A stretch of DNA of 64,000 nt, taken from an uncultured Spirochaetaceae bacterium. GTDB taxonomy: Bacteria > Spirochaetota > Spirochaetia > Treponematales > Treponemataceae. The position numbers were made by a program, and so were the translations under genes. Under the pieces are notes generated by a model. It was not told the origin of the DNA. It did not search any database and saw only the letters and a program-made list of their open reading frames with translations. Below, piece after piece: positions 10,236-19,094 of the stretch (position 1 is the first letter of the stretch; the number at the start of each line of letters is the position of its first letter). The stretch is from contig CACZPR010000079.1 of the NCBI GenBank assembly GCA_902783155.1, forward strand, positions 24,339 to 88,338, read 5' to 3'.

Positions 10236-11030
10236 ATGTATAGACTGAAGGCCATAAAGTCCGAAAAGGTGTGGGGCTACGAGCTTTGGATTGCTTCGAC
10301 CCATCCCAACGGACTTCAGGAGGATTTCAAGGAATATGCCGGGGGCGACTATCCGCTTCTGGTAAAAATCATTCAGGCGGACGACACATTGAGCGTCCAG
10401 GTCCACCCGGATGACGAACTTGCCCAAAAATTTGAGGGCGGCTCTGGAAAAACGGAGTGCTGGTTCATTCTTGGCGCAAACAAGGATGCCCGGCTGATTT
10501 ATGGAATGAACGGCGAACATTCGGAAAAAGAACTCAGGGCGGCAATCAACGAAAACCGTCTGGAGGATTTTATGAACTCTGTTCCCGTAAAGAAGGGCGA
10601 TTTTGCATACATTCCGGCGGGAACTGTCCATGCGATTGGCGGAGGACTCAGGATTCTGGAAGTCCAGCAGTCCAGCGACATAACCTACAGACTTTATGAC
10701 TGGGGTCGTGGCCGTGAGTGCCATGTGGACAAGGGCATTGCCTGCATAAAAAATCAGCAGTCCCGGAAGGTGGAAAGTTTCCGTGGCGCATTCTCGTGTC
10801 CGTACTTTACGCTTGAAGAGATTTTTGTTGACGGAAAATTTACGGCTCCGGTCAGTGTACGTACAGAATCCCAGGACCCTGCCGACACCGTGCTTTATTT
10901 TGTGATTGAGGGTTCGGGACTTTTGAATGACAGAAGGGCTTCTGCTGAGGAAATCTTTGCGTTCGGCCCTAACGAAAGAATTGTGGCGGAAGGAAAATTC
11001 CTTCTTATGCGTATTGCGGTCGCCAGATGA
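10236..11030 (+). CDS. manA: Class I mannose-6-phosphate isomerase (cupin)
   Basis: WGYELWI, LSVQVHPDD, TECWFIL and GTVHAIGGG metal-site motifs. Start taken at ATG 10236. Confidence 0.7.
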   Translation: MYRLKAIKSEKVWGYELWIASTHPNGLQEDFKEYAGGDYPLLVKIIQADDTLSVQVHPDDELAQKFEGGSGKTECWFILGANKDARLIYGMNGEHSEKELRAAINENRLEDFMNSVPVKKGDFAYIPAGTVHAIGGGLRILEVQQSSDITYRLYDWGRGRECHVDKGIACIKNQQSRKVESFRGAFSCPYFTLEEIFVDGKFTAPVSVRTESQDPADTVLYFVIEGSGLLNDRRASAEEIFAFGPNERIVAEGKFLLMRIAVAR

Positions 11031-11055
11031 TTTTGGTCGGCTGCGTGGAGGTTTT

Positions 11056-11874
11056 ATGAAAAAAAGTTTTTTTGTTGTCCCGGCGCTTTTGGTTGCGGGG
11101 ATTTTTGTTGCGTCGTGTTCGTTCAACAGTGTAAGTCCGGACATGAGCTTCAGGGTCGATTTGCCCAGAAGTACTGCCCAGGATGATGGAAGTCCTGATT
11201 ATAACTGCGCGGTCTATGTCACCGGTCGGTCGGAACCATGGCGGGCTGTGGTCAGTAGAGAAAACAACGTCATCACTCTGGATGGATTTCCGCTTGGCAA
11301 AGGAAGCACGATGTATCTGGGGCTTTGGTGGGCTTCGCTTGGGTCTTCAACCTACAATAACACCTTCCCAGTTGGATATTTTGGTCAGACAGTTGTGGAT
11401 GTTTCCGATTCCGAAAGCAGCATGGATTTGAATGTAAAGCCGATAGAGGCAAATGGAGTCTTTAACCTTCCTGTAGGCGAAACGCAGACGGTAAGTGAAA
11501 TTGAGGGCAATCTGCCCATTGTTAACCAAAACGGAAACGATGCTTCTCGTAGAATACAGATATACGATTTACCTGCGGATATGCTTTCGGACAAGGGAGA
11601 GCTTTATATGTGTTCCTTTACATATCGGGTTGGAGAGTATGAAGGACCCAATGCTAATGAACCAACCTATGGACCGGAGGTTTATGCCGAATGTCCAGCT
11701 TGGCTCATTAGCCATGCTCTGCAATGCTCCATAAAAGTCTACAATCAACCAAACAATATGACAGTAACAAATGTAAAGCTGCGTCGCTGGGCTGACAGGA
11801 ACTGGCATGAATGTGCAGTAAAAGATAATAGTAATAGTGTTAGTACTAGTCCTGATTTGGAGTTTACTTGGTAA
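11056..11874 (+). CDS. Hypothetical lipoprotein
   Basis: The internal ATG at 11056 gives MKKSFFVVPALLVAGIFVASCSF (lipobox). I recognise no domain. Confidence 0.6.
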   Translation: MKKSFFVVPALLVAGIFVASCSFNSVSPDMSFRVDLPRSTAQDDGSPDYNCAVYVTGRSEPWRAVVSRENNVITLDGFPLGKGSTMYLGLWWASLGSSTYNNTFPVGYFGQTVVDVSDSESSMDLNVKPIEANGVFNLPVGETQTVSEIEGNLPIVNQNGNDASRRIQIYDLPADMLSDKGELYMCSFTYRVGEYEGPNANEPTYGPEVYAECPAWLISHALQCSIKVYNQPNNMTVTNVKLRRWADRNWHECAVKDNSNSVSTSPDLEFTW

Positions 11875-11905
11875 CAAAACAGTGGCTGGCAATCAGCACG
11901 AAAGC

Positions 11906-11947
11906 GGGGGCAGATTTTTAATCTAAAAAATTTGCCCCTGTTTTTTT
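11906..11947. terminator. Bidirectional hairpin terminator between convergent genes
   Basis: GGGGCAGATTT...AAATTTGCCCC stem with one mismatch, followed by TGTTTTTTT and preceded by an A-run. Confidence 0.5.
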
Positions 11948-12794
11948 AGAAATGGTATCTCACGCCGACTTCCACACCGTTTGTTGGATTCCCAAGGTCC
12001 TCGTAGGCGAAGTATCTCCATGCGGCAAAGACTTCAAGCGGTCCCCTCATCATCATGCCAATCTCAAGGTGCGACTCCCAGTTGAATTTTGACGAGTATG
12101 GCTTTCCGTTCAGCATCATAAGTGCAATCGTTCCCCTCCATTCAATCAGGACCGGAGAGGCTGGGTAGGAGCGGGCAATCAACTGCAGCGAGATTCCGCT
12201 TGAAACAGGCATGTCCCTGTACTGTATTCTCTGCCAGCAGAACGCCCAGTAAAGGCTGAACGGATTTGTCTGCACAATGGACATCTCCAGTCCAAGCTGA
12301 AGGTTTGTGTCCAGCGACTTGAACTCCCTTTGCCCCGAAAAAGTGTCCGACGTTGTGAAAGTGTCAATCTGGAAAATGGGACCGAAGAATTTCCACAACA
12401 TTCCCTCGAAGCGAGTCTCGTTTCCGACCATGCGTCCGGGGAAAAAGAAAAACGAAGTGTCCGCGGCGAACCTGTAGTATTGGTTGACCTTTGGCTTTTC
12501 CGTGTCCTCGTATTCGGAAAAAACATCCGTGTCGGTCGGCATCATGGAGCCAAGCCTTATATATTTTCCGTTCGCGTAGGGGTAGTCGTCGAATGTGACA
12601 AGCATCGTGTTCACAAACCACATGTCGATGAAGATTTCGGCAAGCAGATCGCCCAGAGTTGATGTGGTCTGAATCTCCACCGACTCAACAAATTTTTCCG
12701 GCCCCCTTTCTATGAACCCGGGATTGAATGTCTGCGCGCTACAGACTGAAGCCAATATTATGGAAAGAAAAATCGCGCTGATAAGTTTTTTCAT
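11946..12794 (-). CDS. Putative outer-membrane beta-barrel protein
   Basis: Signal peptide MKKLISAIFLSIILASVCSA, alternating aromatic/hydrophilic pattern, C-terminal VGVRYHF ending in Phe. Confidence 0.5.
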   Translation of the reverse strand: MKKLISAIFLSIILASVCSAQTFNPGFIERGPEKFVESVEIQTTSTLGDLLAEIFIDMWFVNTMLVTFDDYPYANGKYIRLGSMMPTDTDVFSEYEDTEKPKVNQYYRFAADTSFFFFPGRMVGNETRFEGMLWKFFGPIFQIDTFTTSDTFSGQREFKSLDTNLQLGLEMSIVQTNPFSLYWAFCWQRIQYRDMPVSSGISLQLIARSYPASPVLIEWRGTIALMMLNGKPYSSKFNWESHLEIGMMMRGPLEVFAAWRYFAYEDLGNPTNGVEVGVRYHF

Positions 12795-12821
12795 AAACTC
12801 CTCCTGTAGAAAAACAGCTTT

Positions 12822-13571
12822 CTACTTCCTTGCCACCAGAACCATTGTCTTTGCGCTGTGGTCGTAAGGCGAAAGACCAAATCCACCGTAGACATCCACC
12901 GATGAAAAGCCAATCTTTTTAAGCTCGTCCCTCAAATCAGGGGCTGAGTAAAGTCTCTGCACAAATTCATGTTCCAATCTTTTTCCGTTTTTGTCAATCA
13001 AAATCCACTTGGAACGAAGACCCTCCCATGCGCCGACAACTCCAAAATCCGTGAGGACTGTCATGCCCGCCCGCTCGAACCATTCTCCGTCGGTGTAGTA
13101 TTGGACGGCAATCTCACGGCTGACGCACTCCAGAATGAAGGTTCCGCCATCACGAAGGGAATCAAAAATGCGTCGGACAATCAGAAGGTCCTCGTCCTTT
13201 GTCTCGCAGTACCCGAATGATGTGAACACGTTGATTGCCGCGTCGAACTTTTTTTCCGGGGCGAAAGTGCGCAAATCCTGATTCAGCAGGGTGATTGCAA
13301 CTCCCTCGTCGTCCGCGGTCTCCTTCGCCGCATCAAGGTAGGGCTGGATTATATCGACCCCCGTTACGTCAAGACCAATAAGCGCAAGCTCCACCGAAAT
13401 GCGTCCCGGTCCGCATCCTGCATCAAGAATCCGGCTTCCCTTTTTCAGCTTTGCAATCGAGTATATGGCCTCCGCAACTCCATGTGCCTCCGCCCAGTGC
13501 TGCTCGTCGAACATGACCGGACCATAGTTCAGCCAGAAATCCTCTTTCTCAAACCACTGTTTTCCTGACAT
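12822..13571 (-). CDS. Class I SAM-dependent methyltransferase
   Basis: Motif I ILDAGCGPGRIS, acidic loop VTGVD, post-I NVFTSFGY. Confidence 0.8.
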   Translation of the reverse strand: MSGKQWFEKEDFWLNYGPVMFDEQHWAEAHGVAEAIYSIAKLKKGSRILDAGCGPGRISVELALIGLDVTGVDIIQPYLDAAKETADDEGVAITLLNQDLRTFAPEKKFDAAINVFTSFGYCETKDEDLLIVRRIFDSLRDGGTFILECVSREIAVQYYTDGEWFERAGMTVLTDFGVVGAWEGLRSKWILIDKNGKRLEHEFVQRLYSAPDLRDELKKIGFSSVDVYGGFGLSPYDHSAKTMVLVARK

Positions 13572-13588
13572 AAAATTTTTCTCCCGGC

Positions 13589-13774
13589 TCAGTTCTGGGG
13601 TGTCGCCTCGGATTCATCTTTTTCAACAAACGCATAGCCCTTCTGACCGTTGCAGATAGGACAGCGCCAGGTTTCCGGGATTTCCTCAAACGGTGTTCCC
13701 GGTGCGATTCCAGCCTCCGGGTCCCCTTTTTCCTGATCGTAAACGTATCCGCAGATTCTGCATTCCCAAACCAT
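13589..13774 (-). CDS. Rubredoxin with short acidic C-terminal tail
   Basis: CRICGY...WRCPICNG gives two CxxC knuckles. GGAGGA lies 5 nt before ATG 13774. The ORF-track TTG at 13789 is rejected. Confidence 0.85.
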   Translation of the reverse strand: MVWECRICGYVYDQEKGDPEAGIAPGTPFEEIPETWRCPICNGQKGYAFVEKDESEATPQN

Positions 13775-13900
13775 ATAAATCCTCCGCAAAACAGTTTAGC
13801 ATATTTAAAAAAAATATTGAACATGTAAGCCCTGTGGACTGAAATTTTCTGTTGCGCGTGTACTTGAATTTGTACCCGATATTTTGTATACTTGTTTTGT

Positions 13901-14890
13901 ATGGCGGAAAAGAATTTTACGGTGCTTGACCTGCTGGACTTGAAACTTGGCGGGCATGACGCACTCAACCTGAAATGCATAGCTGGTCGGCGTGGTCTGT
14001 CCAGAGTTTTGACCATTCCCGACATCAACCGTCCGGGGCTGGCTCTTTCAGGTTTTTTTGAGTCGTTCGCACATGCCCGTGTCCAGCTTTTTGGCCGTGG
14101 AGAGTTTTCCTATCTGACAAAGATAGAGGCGGAGGGCCACTTTGATGTAATCCACAATTTCTTTTCCTACGAGATTCCATGCTGCGTATTCACCCGTAGT
14201 CTCACACCCGACGAGGCATTTCTTTCAATCGCTGAGAGGGCCGGATGTCCAATCCTCCAGTCCGATTTGGAGTCAACGGATTTTTCAATAAGGCTTCTAC
14301 GTGTTCTTTCCAATATTTTTGCGCCAAAGAAGACGCTCCACGGTGTTCTTGTCGAGGTCAGCGGAATCGGGATTCTTTTGGTCGGGGACAGCGGCGTTGG
14401 AAAAAGCGAGACGGCTCTGGAACTTGTGCAGAGGGGACACCGTCTTGTTGCGGACGACTCGGTGGAGATAAGGTGCGTAAACGGAAACACAATAATGGGG
14501 CAGGGAGCGAACAAGCTTATCAGCCACCACATGGAGATTCGTGGACTTGGAATAATCAATGTGGCGCAGCTCTATGGCGTAGGCTCAATCCGCGAGCAGA
14601 AGGAAGTCCAGCTTGTCGTCAAACTGGAGAACTGGGACCAGAACAAGGTGTACGACAGGCTTGGGACGGACACAAACAAAATGGACCTCCTTGGCGTGAA
14701 GGTTCCGTACATAGAGATTCCTGTGAAGCCGGGACGAAATCTTCCTATTATATTGGAGGCGGCGGCCATGAACGAGCGTCTCAAGTCGATGGGATATTTC
14801 TCCGCGCAGGAGTTCAACCGCAACGTGCTCAAATGGATTGAATCCGGCGAGGCTCAGGCGGCTTACTACGGCAGCGATGATTCGTACTGA
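13901..14890 (+). CDS. hprK: HPr kinase/phosphorylase
   Basis: P-loop GDSGVGKSETALELVQRGHRLVADD and HMEIRGLGIINV signature. Confidence 0.9.
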   Translation: MAEKNFTVLDLLDLKLGGHDALNLKCIAGRRGLSRVLTIPDINRPGLALSGFFESFAHARVQLFGRGEFSYLTKIEAEGHFDVIHNFFSYEIPCCVFTRSLTPDEAFLSIAERAGCPILQSDLESTDFSIRLLRVLSNIFAPKKTLHGVLVEVSGIGILLVGDSGVGKSETALELVQRGHRLVADDSVEIRCVNGNTIMGQGANKLISHHMEIRGLGIINVAQLYGVGSIREQKEVQLVVKLENWDQNKVYDRLGTDTNKMDLLGVKVPYIEIPVKPGRNLPIILEAAAMNERLKSMGYFSAQEFNRNVLKWIESGEAQAAYYGSDDSY

Positions 14891-14921
14891 TAGAAATTTA
14901 TAAACACATAGGAGTAGAAAA

Positions 14922-15188
14922 GTGGTAGAAAGAATAGTCACAGTCCGCAACAGGGCTGGAATCCACGCAAGACCTGCGGCTCTCATTGCCCAGACAGCAA
15001 ACCGATTCAAGTCAGAGATTTCCCTTGACAAGGATTCCGCGACGGTAAACGCAAAATCCATAATGGGGGTCATAACGCTTGCTGCGGCATACAACACTAC
15101 TTTGACTCTCCGTGTTGAGGGAACTGACGAATCTGAGGCGGCGGAGGCTGTCCTTGCGTTGTTTGAATCAAAATTTGAAGAGGAATGA
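14922..15188 (+). CDS. ptsH: Phosphocarrier protein HPr
   Basis: GIHARPA (His15 site) and NAKSIMGV (Ser46 site). GTG start preceded by GGAG. Confidence 0.9.
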   Translation: MVERIVTVRNRAGIHARPAALIAQTANRFKSEISLDKDSATVNAKSIMGVITLAAAYNTTLTLRVEGTDESEAAEAVLALFESKFEEE

Positions 15189-15191
15189 CCC

Positions 15192-15800
15192 ATGAAAGAT
15201 TTGACCGAGCGTCAGAAGGAGATTCTGGACTTCATCGCTCAGTTCACCGACGACAATGCCTATGCACCGACAGTCCGTGAAATCTGCGACCACTTCAACA
15301 TTTCAATAAGGGCCGTGCAGGACCACATAGCCGCTCTCCAGAAAAAGGGCTTCCTGGCAATAACACGACACCGCTCCCGCTCGATGAGGGTCCTTAACGA
15401 CCAGAGGCCAAGGGGCACGAATCCTGTTTTTGTCCAGATTCCGATGCTCGTTTCCGGTGACGCTCCAGATTTGCTGGACCAGTCCAATGTTTCCGGAAGA
15501 ATCTACCGCAGCACGTCCTACATCGATTCATCCAAGACGTATTTCGCCTTCCATGTCTCCGAGGACTCCATGAGGGGCGCGGGGATTTTTGAGGGCGACA
15601 TTGCGGTTGCCGAAAAGACCGACCAGTGTTCCGATGGACAGATTGCTGCTATCGTTTCCGATGGCAAAATCAAAGTCCGCCGTGCGACCATGGAAAATGG
15701 ACACCTCTGCTTCAGGGCGGAGAGCGAGCCTGTCTCCCCAATCTACGGACACCAGACAAAGGTTCTGGGCGTTCTGGTTGAAGTGACCCGGACATTCTAG
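15192..15800 (+). CDS. lexA: LexA-like repressor (wHTH plus S24 peptidase)
   Basis: N-terminal LTERQKEILDFI...PTVREICDHFNISIRAVQDHIAALQKKGFL. Ser in EDSMRGAGI and Lys in KVRR. The cleavage-site region reads VSGDAP instead of VAAGEP. Confidence 0.7.
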   Translation: MKDLTERQKEILDFIAQFTDDNAYAPTVREICDHFNISIRAVQDHIAALQKKGFLAITRHRSRSMRVLNDQRPRGTNPVFVQIPMLVSGDAPDLLDQSNVSGRIYRSTSYIDSSKTYFAFHVSEDSMRGAGIFEGDIAVAEKTDQCSDGQIAAIVSDGKIKVRRATMENGHLCFRAESEPVSPIYGHQTKVLGVLVEVTRTF

Positions 15801-15811
15801 GGGAAGCCGAC

Positions 15812-16834
15812 TTGAACGAGATAGAGCTGTACCTGTTCACGGGACCCGAGGCCGGAGAAAAGGAAGAGGCCATTGGCAACATACGTTCCGCCGCCATAAA
15901 AAAGAATGGCTCGGTGGATGACTACAGGTATTACGCCAGCGAGACCCGGATTCAGGATGTGGTGGCCCAGCTTCAGAACGTGTCCCTTTTTTCTCCCGCA
16001 CTTTTTGTTGTGTACAGGAACGCGGAGCTTTTGAAGGGAAAGGGCGATGTCGAATTCCTCACCCAGTGGGCAAAGGGAGGGGCCAAGAGCAGTCCAAGCA
16101 CATTGATTCTGGTCTCCGATGAAAACTCGGTGGACAAGAAGATAGACAGCCTTGTTCCGTCCAGCCACAAGAAAATCTTCTGGGAGATGTTCGACAGCCG
16201 CAAGGAGCAGTGGGTCCAGGGATTTTTCCGCAAGAATGGATTCTCCGTCACCCAGGATGCGGTCGCGCGTATTCTGGACATGGTTGAGAACAACACCGAG
16301 GTCCTGAAGTCCGAGTGCTCCAGATTCTTCTATTGCTTTGACCGTGGCTACACAATCAGGGAGGAGGATGTTGACAGAATCCTTTCCCATGACCGCGAAG
16401 AAAATGCGTTCACCCTGTTCGAGTCCATGGCCGATTCAACAAAATCTCCGAACCAGCGTCTTGAGGTTGCCCTTGAAATCCTCCAGAAAATCCGCATGTC
16501 CAGGGAATCCAACGGTGTCATGCTGATTGCGGGGCTTTCGTACTGTTTCCGCCAGCTCAGGTCCTGGCATCTTCTCCATTCGGAAAATAAAAATCCGACC
16601 GACATCCAGCTTAAGTCCGCGGGATTTTCGGGCAAAAAAAATCAGGAGAGATATAGAAATGCGTCAAAAATCTGGTCGCCGGGGTCCGTCACTGCGATAA
16701 TCGCCCTTCTGGCAAGCACCGACATGTCCATAAGGGAATGTGGCGCGGCCCTGGAGGACACATATCTTTTCACAATGGTCTACTCCATAGTGATTAAAAA
16801 CGGACGCTTCCGCTCTGAGTACGAAAGATTCTAG
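15812..16834 (+). CDS. holA: DNA polymerase III delta subunit
   Basis: Length and N-terminal LYLFTGPE...(delta N-domain) pattern fit. TTG start. The call is from overall resemblance only. Confidence 0.65.
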   Translation: MNEIELYLFTGPEAGEKEEAIGNIRSAAIKKNGSVDDYRYYASETRIQDVVAQLQNVSLFSPALFVVYRNAELLKGKGDVEFLTQWAKGGAKSSPSTLILVSDENSVDKKIDSLVPSSHKKIFWEMFDSRKEQWVQGFFRKNGFSVTQDAVARILDMVENNTEVLKSECSRFFYCFDRGYTIREEDVDRILSHDREENAFTLFESMADSTKSPNQRLEVALEILQKIRMSRESNGVMLIAGLSYCFRQLRSWHLLHSENKNPTDIQLKSAGFSGKKNQERYRNASKIWSPGSVTAIIALLASTDMSIRECGAALEDTYLFTMVYSIVIKNGRFRSEYERF

Positions 16835-17067
16835 TCCTGCCCGGAGAGGTCCATGTTGTCAAGGATTTCCCGTAGCTTCAGAAGCTCTTCCCTTGTGAGG
16901 GTTATTCCCTTTCCCATCTTGTCATGCTCGGGTGCCCACGGTCTCAAATCAAACTTGGCAGGACGCTCGCTCCATGAAACCAGGTTCAGTTCTGTCTTCC
17001 AGCCGGACTTTGTTTCTGAAAGAAATCCAAATGACTTTTCGATATTGAACTTGAAATCGTCCATCAA
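16831..17067 (-). CDS. YdbC-like PC4-fold ssDNA-binding protein
   Basis: FNIEKSFGFLSETKSGWKTELNLVSWSERPAKFDLRPWAPEHDKMGKGITLTREE matches my recollection of the Lactococcus YdbC family almost motif for motif. Confidence 0.7.
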   Translation of the reverse strand: MMDDFKFNIEKSFGFLSETKSGWKTELNLVSWSERPAKFDLRPWAPEHDKMGKGITLTREELLKLREILDNMDLSGQD

Positions 17068-17161
17068 ACTCCTCCATTTTTGGATGTGGCATACATGCTT
17101 TCTTCAATAATATCCCTTTTTCCAAAAAAATCCAGTGGAAACTTTTTACCTCTTAACATAG

Positions 17162-17286
17162 GGCATTTCTAAAAACTCATTTTCAATGACTTTTTAGAAA
17201 TGCCTGCGAGTTTAAAAGCCCGAAATTACAGGCTTTTAAACATCGCGTTTTCAGAGTTACCTCTAAAAACTGAAGTTTTTAGAGGT
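17162..17286. repeat. Three consecutive perfect hairpins with CTAAAAA/TTTTTAG-type arms
   Basis: Arms at 17162-17175/17191-17204 (14 bp), 17211-17220/17231-17240 (10 bp) and 17259-17270/17275-17286 (12 bp). Confidence 0.7.
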
Positions 17287-17415
17287 TCCCATAATTTAAA
17301 CCTTGAAGTAAAGGGAAATCTGTAGTATTCTATTATATATAATTTTAAATCTGGAAGCCTCCGGGGATTTCGATTTTCGGGGGCAACGCTATCCATATAA
17401 GAGTTGGAGGAAAAA

Positions 17416-19077
17416 GTGATTAAAAAACAGCATTTTGTGGCACTTGTGACTTCCCTTGTCCTTGTGCTCTCCGGATGTGAAACCACCGACTTGGTGACGG
17501 ATGGATTTTCCGCTACGGAAGAGGAAAACACTGTTATCGAGCTGGTTGGACCAAATGGAAAATCCGGGTCAATCAAGTTGCCGACATCTGATGAGCAGGA
17601 GAATTCTGACGATTCAAAATCCGAGGATTCTGAAACAGAAAACGAGAATGGTACTGAAAATCAGAACGAGGAAGAATCTGGCGAGTCTGGAACCGAATCT
17701 GGAGATACGGAAAAGACCGACGAACAGGATGATACTGCCGGACAGGATGAGACTGACGAAACTGGCTCTCCCTCTACGAACGTAAAGGACACTGGCGATG
17801 GTGAGGACACGGAGGATGAAAGCTCCGACCAGACATCTGACCAAAAGACCGACGACGAAAAGACTGAGGAGACACAGGAGACTCAAGAGTCCCAGGAGAC
17901 ACAGGAGACTCAAGAGTCCCAGGAGTCCCAGGAATCAAAGGAAGATGAAAGCACCGAAACCTCAGATGAGAAGTCCGACGAAAAGACAGACGAAACTAAA
18001 GAGGATGAGAAGTCCGAGGAAGGTTCCGACAAAAAGGATGATTCTGTGACCGAAGAGGAAAAGACACAGGAAACACAGGAGTCCCAGGAAACGCAGGAAT
18101 CAAAGGACGAAAAGACTGACGAGACAGGTACAAAGGAAGAGGAAAAGACTGAGGAATCAGAAAAGACCGACACCGCGCCTGTTGACGAAAAGACTGAGCA
18201 GGAGTCTGGAGACAAGACCGAAGAGGAGACTGTCCCTGAAAAGGATTTCTCCGAGAACAACAAGATTCTCATGCAGAAGGTTGAGGCCGCACGTCTCGCC
18301 GCTATTGATGCGGGAGCAAGTTCTGTCGCTCCAACAGTCTGGACAGCAACCGAGGCCATCTACAAGACGGAGAAGGCTGCCGTTGACACAGGAACAAAGG
18401 CCGACCTTTCATCAGTGCTCAACGACCTGATTGCCCGCTACAATGGACTGGAGAATCTGGCCCAGGCAAAGGACCTCAAGGACGAGATTGATGAGAACAA
18501 TTTCGCGTCATTCCGCCAGGCAACCTATGATGCGGGCTCAAAGATTCTTTCCGATTTGACCAGCCCGCTTTCCGTTGTCCAGTCCGGTGCCGATTTCAAC
18601 AAGCAGGCCGCCACAGCCGAGTCTGATTTCCGCCTTGTTCTCCGCACTGCATACAACAGCCTCGCCCAGAACGAGCGCACAGCAGCTTACGAGGCTAAAC
18701 TCAAGGCCGACTCTGTAAAGGCTTATGTCTCACGCAAGGACGACTACACCAAGGCCGTCACACTTTATAGAAACGGTGAACTCCGCCGCTCTGTGGACCC
18801 GAAGGTTGCAAACGAAAGCTACAGGATGTCCAAGGAGCAGTTCTTGACACTGTTCACAGAGATTTCAGCCGCACGTGCGCAGGCCCAGAAAGAGATTGAC
18901 GAGGCAAAGAAACGTGTTGAGCAGAGTGCAAGTGCCGCCGAACAGGCAGATGTAGAGGCCCCGCTTGGAAACGAGCCTGTAGAGGGAATCGAGGCCGAGG
19001 ATGCCAAGCTGCTTGAGGATGATGATTTCTCCGACGCAGGAGAGGCCGCTGTTATTGAAGCCCCAGAGGCTGACTGA
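17416..19077 (+). CDS. Highly acidic low-complexity lipoprotein
   Basis: GGAGGA lies before GTG 17416. MIKKQHFVALVTSLVLVLSGCE carries a lipobox. About 250 aa are E/D/T/K/S/Q-rich (ETQETQESQ...), followed by a helical A/K/E-rich C-terminal half. Confidence 0.7.
   Translation: MIKKQHFVALVTSLVLVLSGCETTDLVTDGFSATEEENTVIELVGPNGKSGSIKLPTSDEQENSDDSKSEDSETENENGTENQNEEESGESGTESGDTEKTDEQDDTAGQDETDETGSPSTNVKDTGDGEDTEDESSDQTSDQKTDDEKTEETQETQESQETQETQESQESQESKEDESTETSDEKSDEKTDETKEDEKSEEGSDKKDDSVTEEEKTQETQESQETQESKDEKTDETGTKEEEKTEESEKTDTAPVDEKTEQESGDKTEEETVPEKDFSENNKILMQKVEAARLAAIDAGASSVAPTVWTATEAIYKTEKAAVDTGTKADLSSVLNDLIARYNGLENLAQAKDLKDEIDENNFASFRQATYDAGSKILSDLTSPLSVVQSGADFNKQAATAESDFRLVLRTAYNSLAQNERTAAYEAKLKADSVKAYVSRKDDYTKAVTLYRNGELRRSVDPKVANESYRMSKEQFLTLFTEISAARAQAQKEIDEAKKRVEQSASAAEQADVEAPLGNEPVEGIEAEDAKLLEDDDFSDAGEAAVIEAPEAD
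17869..17931 (+). repeat. 27-nt in-frame tandem repeat (2 full copies plus a partial copy)
   Basis: GAGACACAGGAGACTCAAGAGTCCCAG occurs at 17869-17895 and 17896-17922, followed by GAGTCCCAG. Confidence 0.8.
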
Positions 19078-19094
19078 TTGTGAGGAGCGGAAAG

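Noticed and set aside
17259-17286. GTTTTTAGAGGT hairpin arms reminiscent of type II CRISPR repeats
   Set aside because: There is no array of regularly spaced direct repeats with unique spacers. The motifs are inverted repeats forming three separate hairpins, and no cas genes are nearby.
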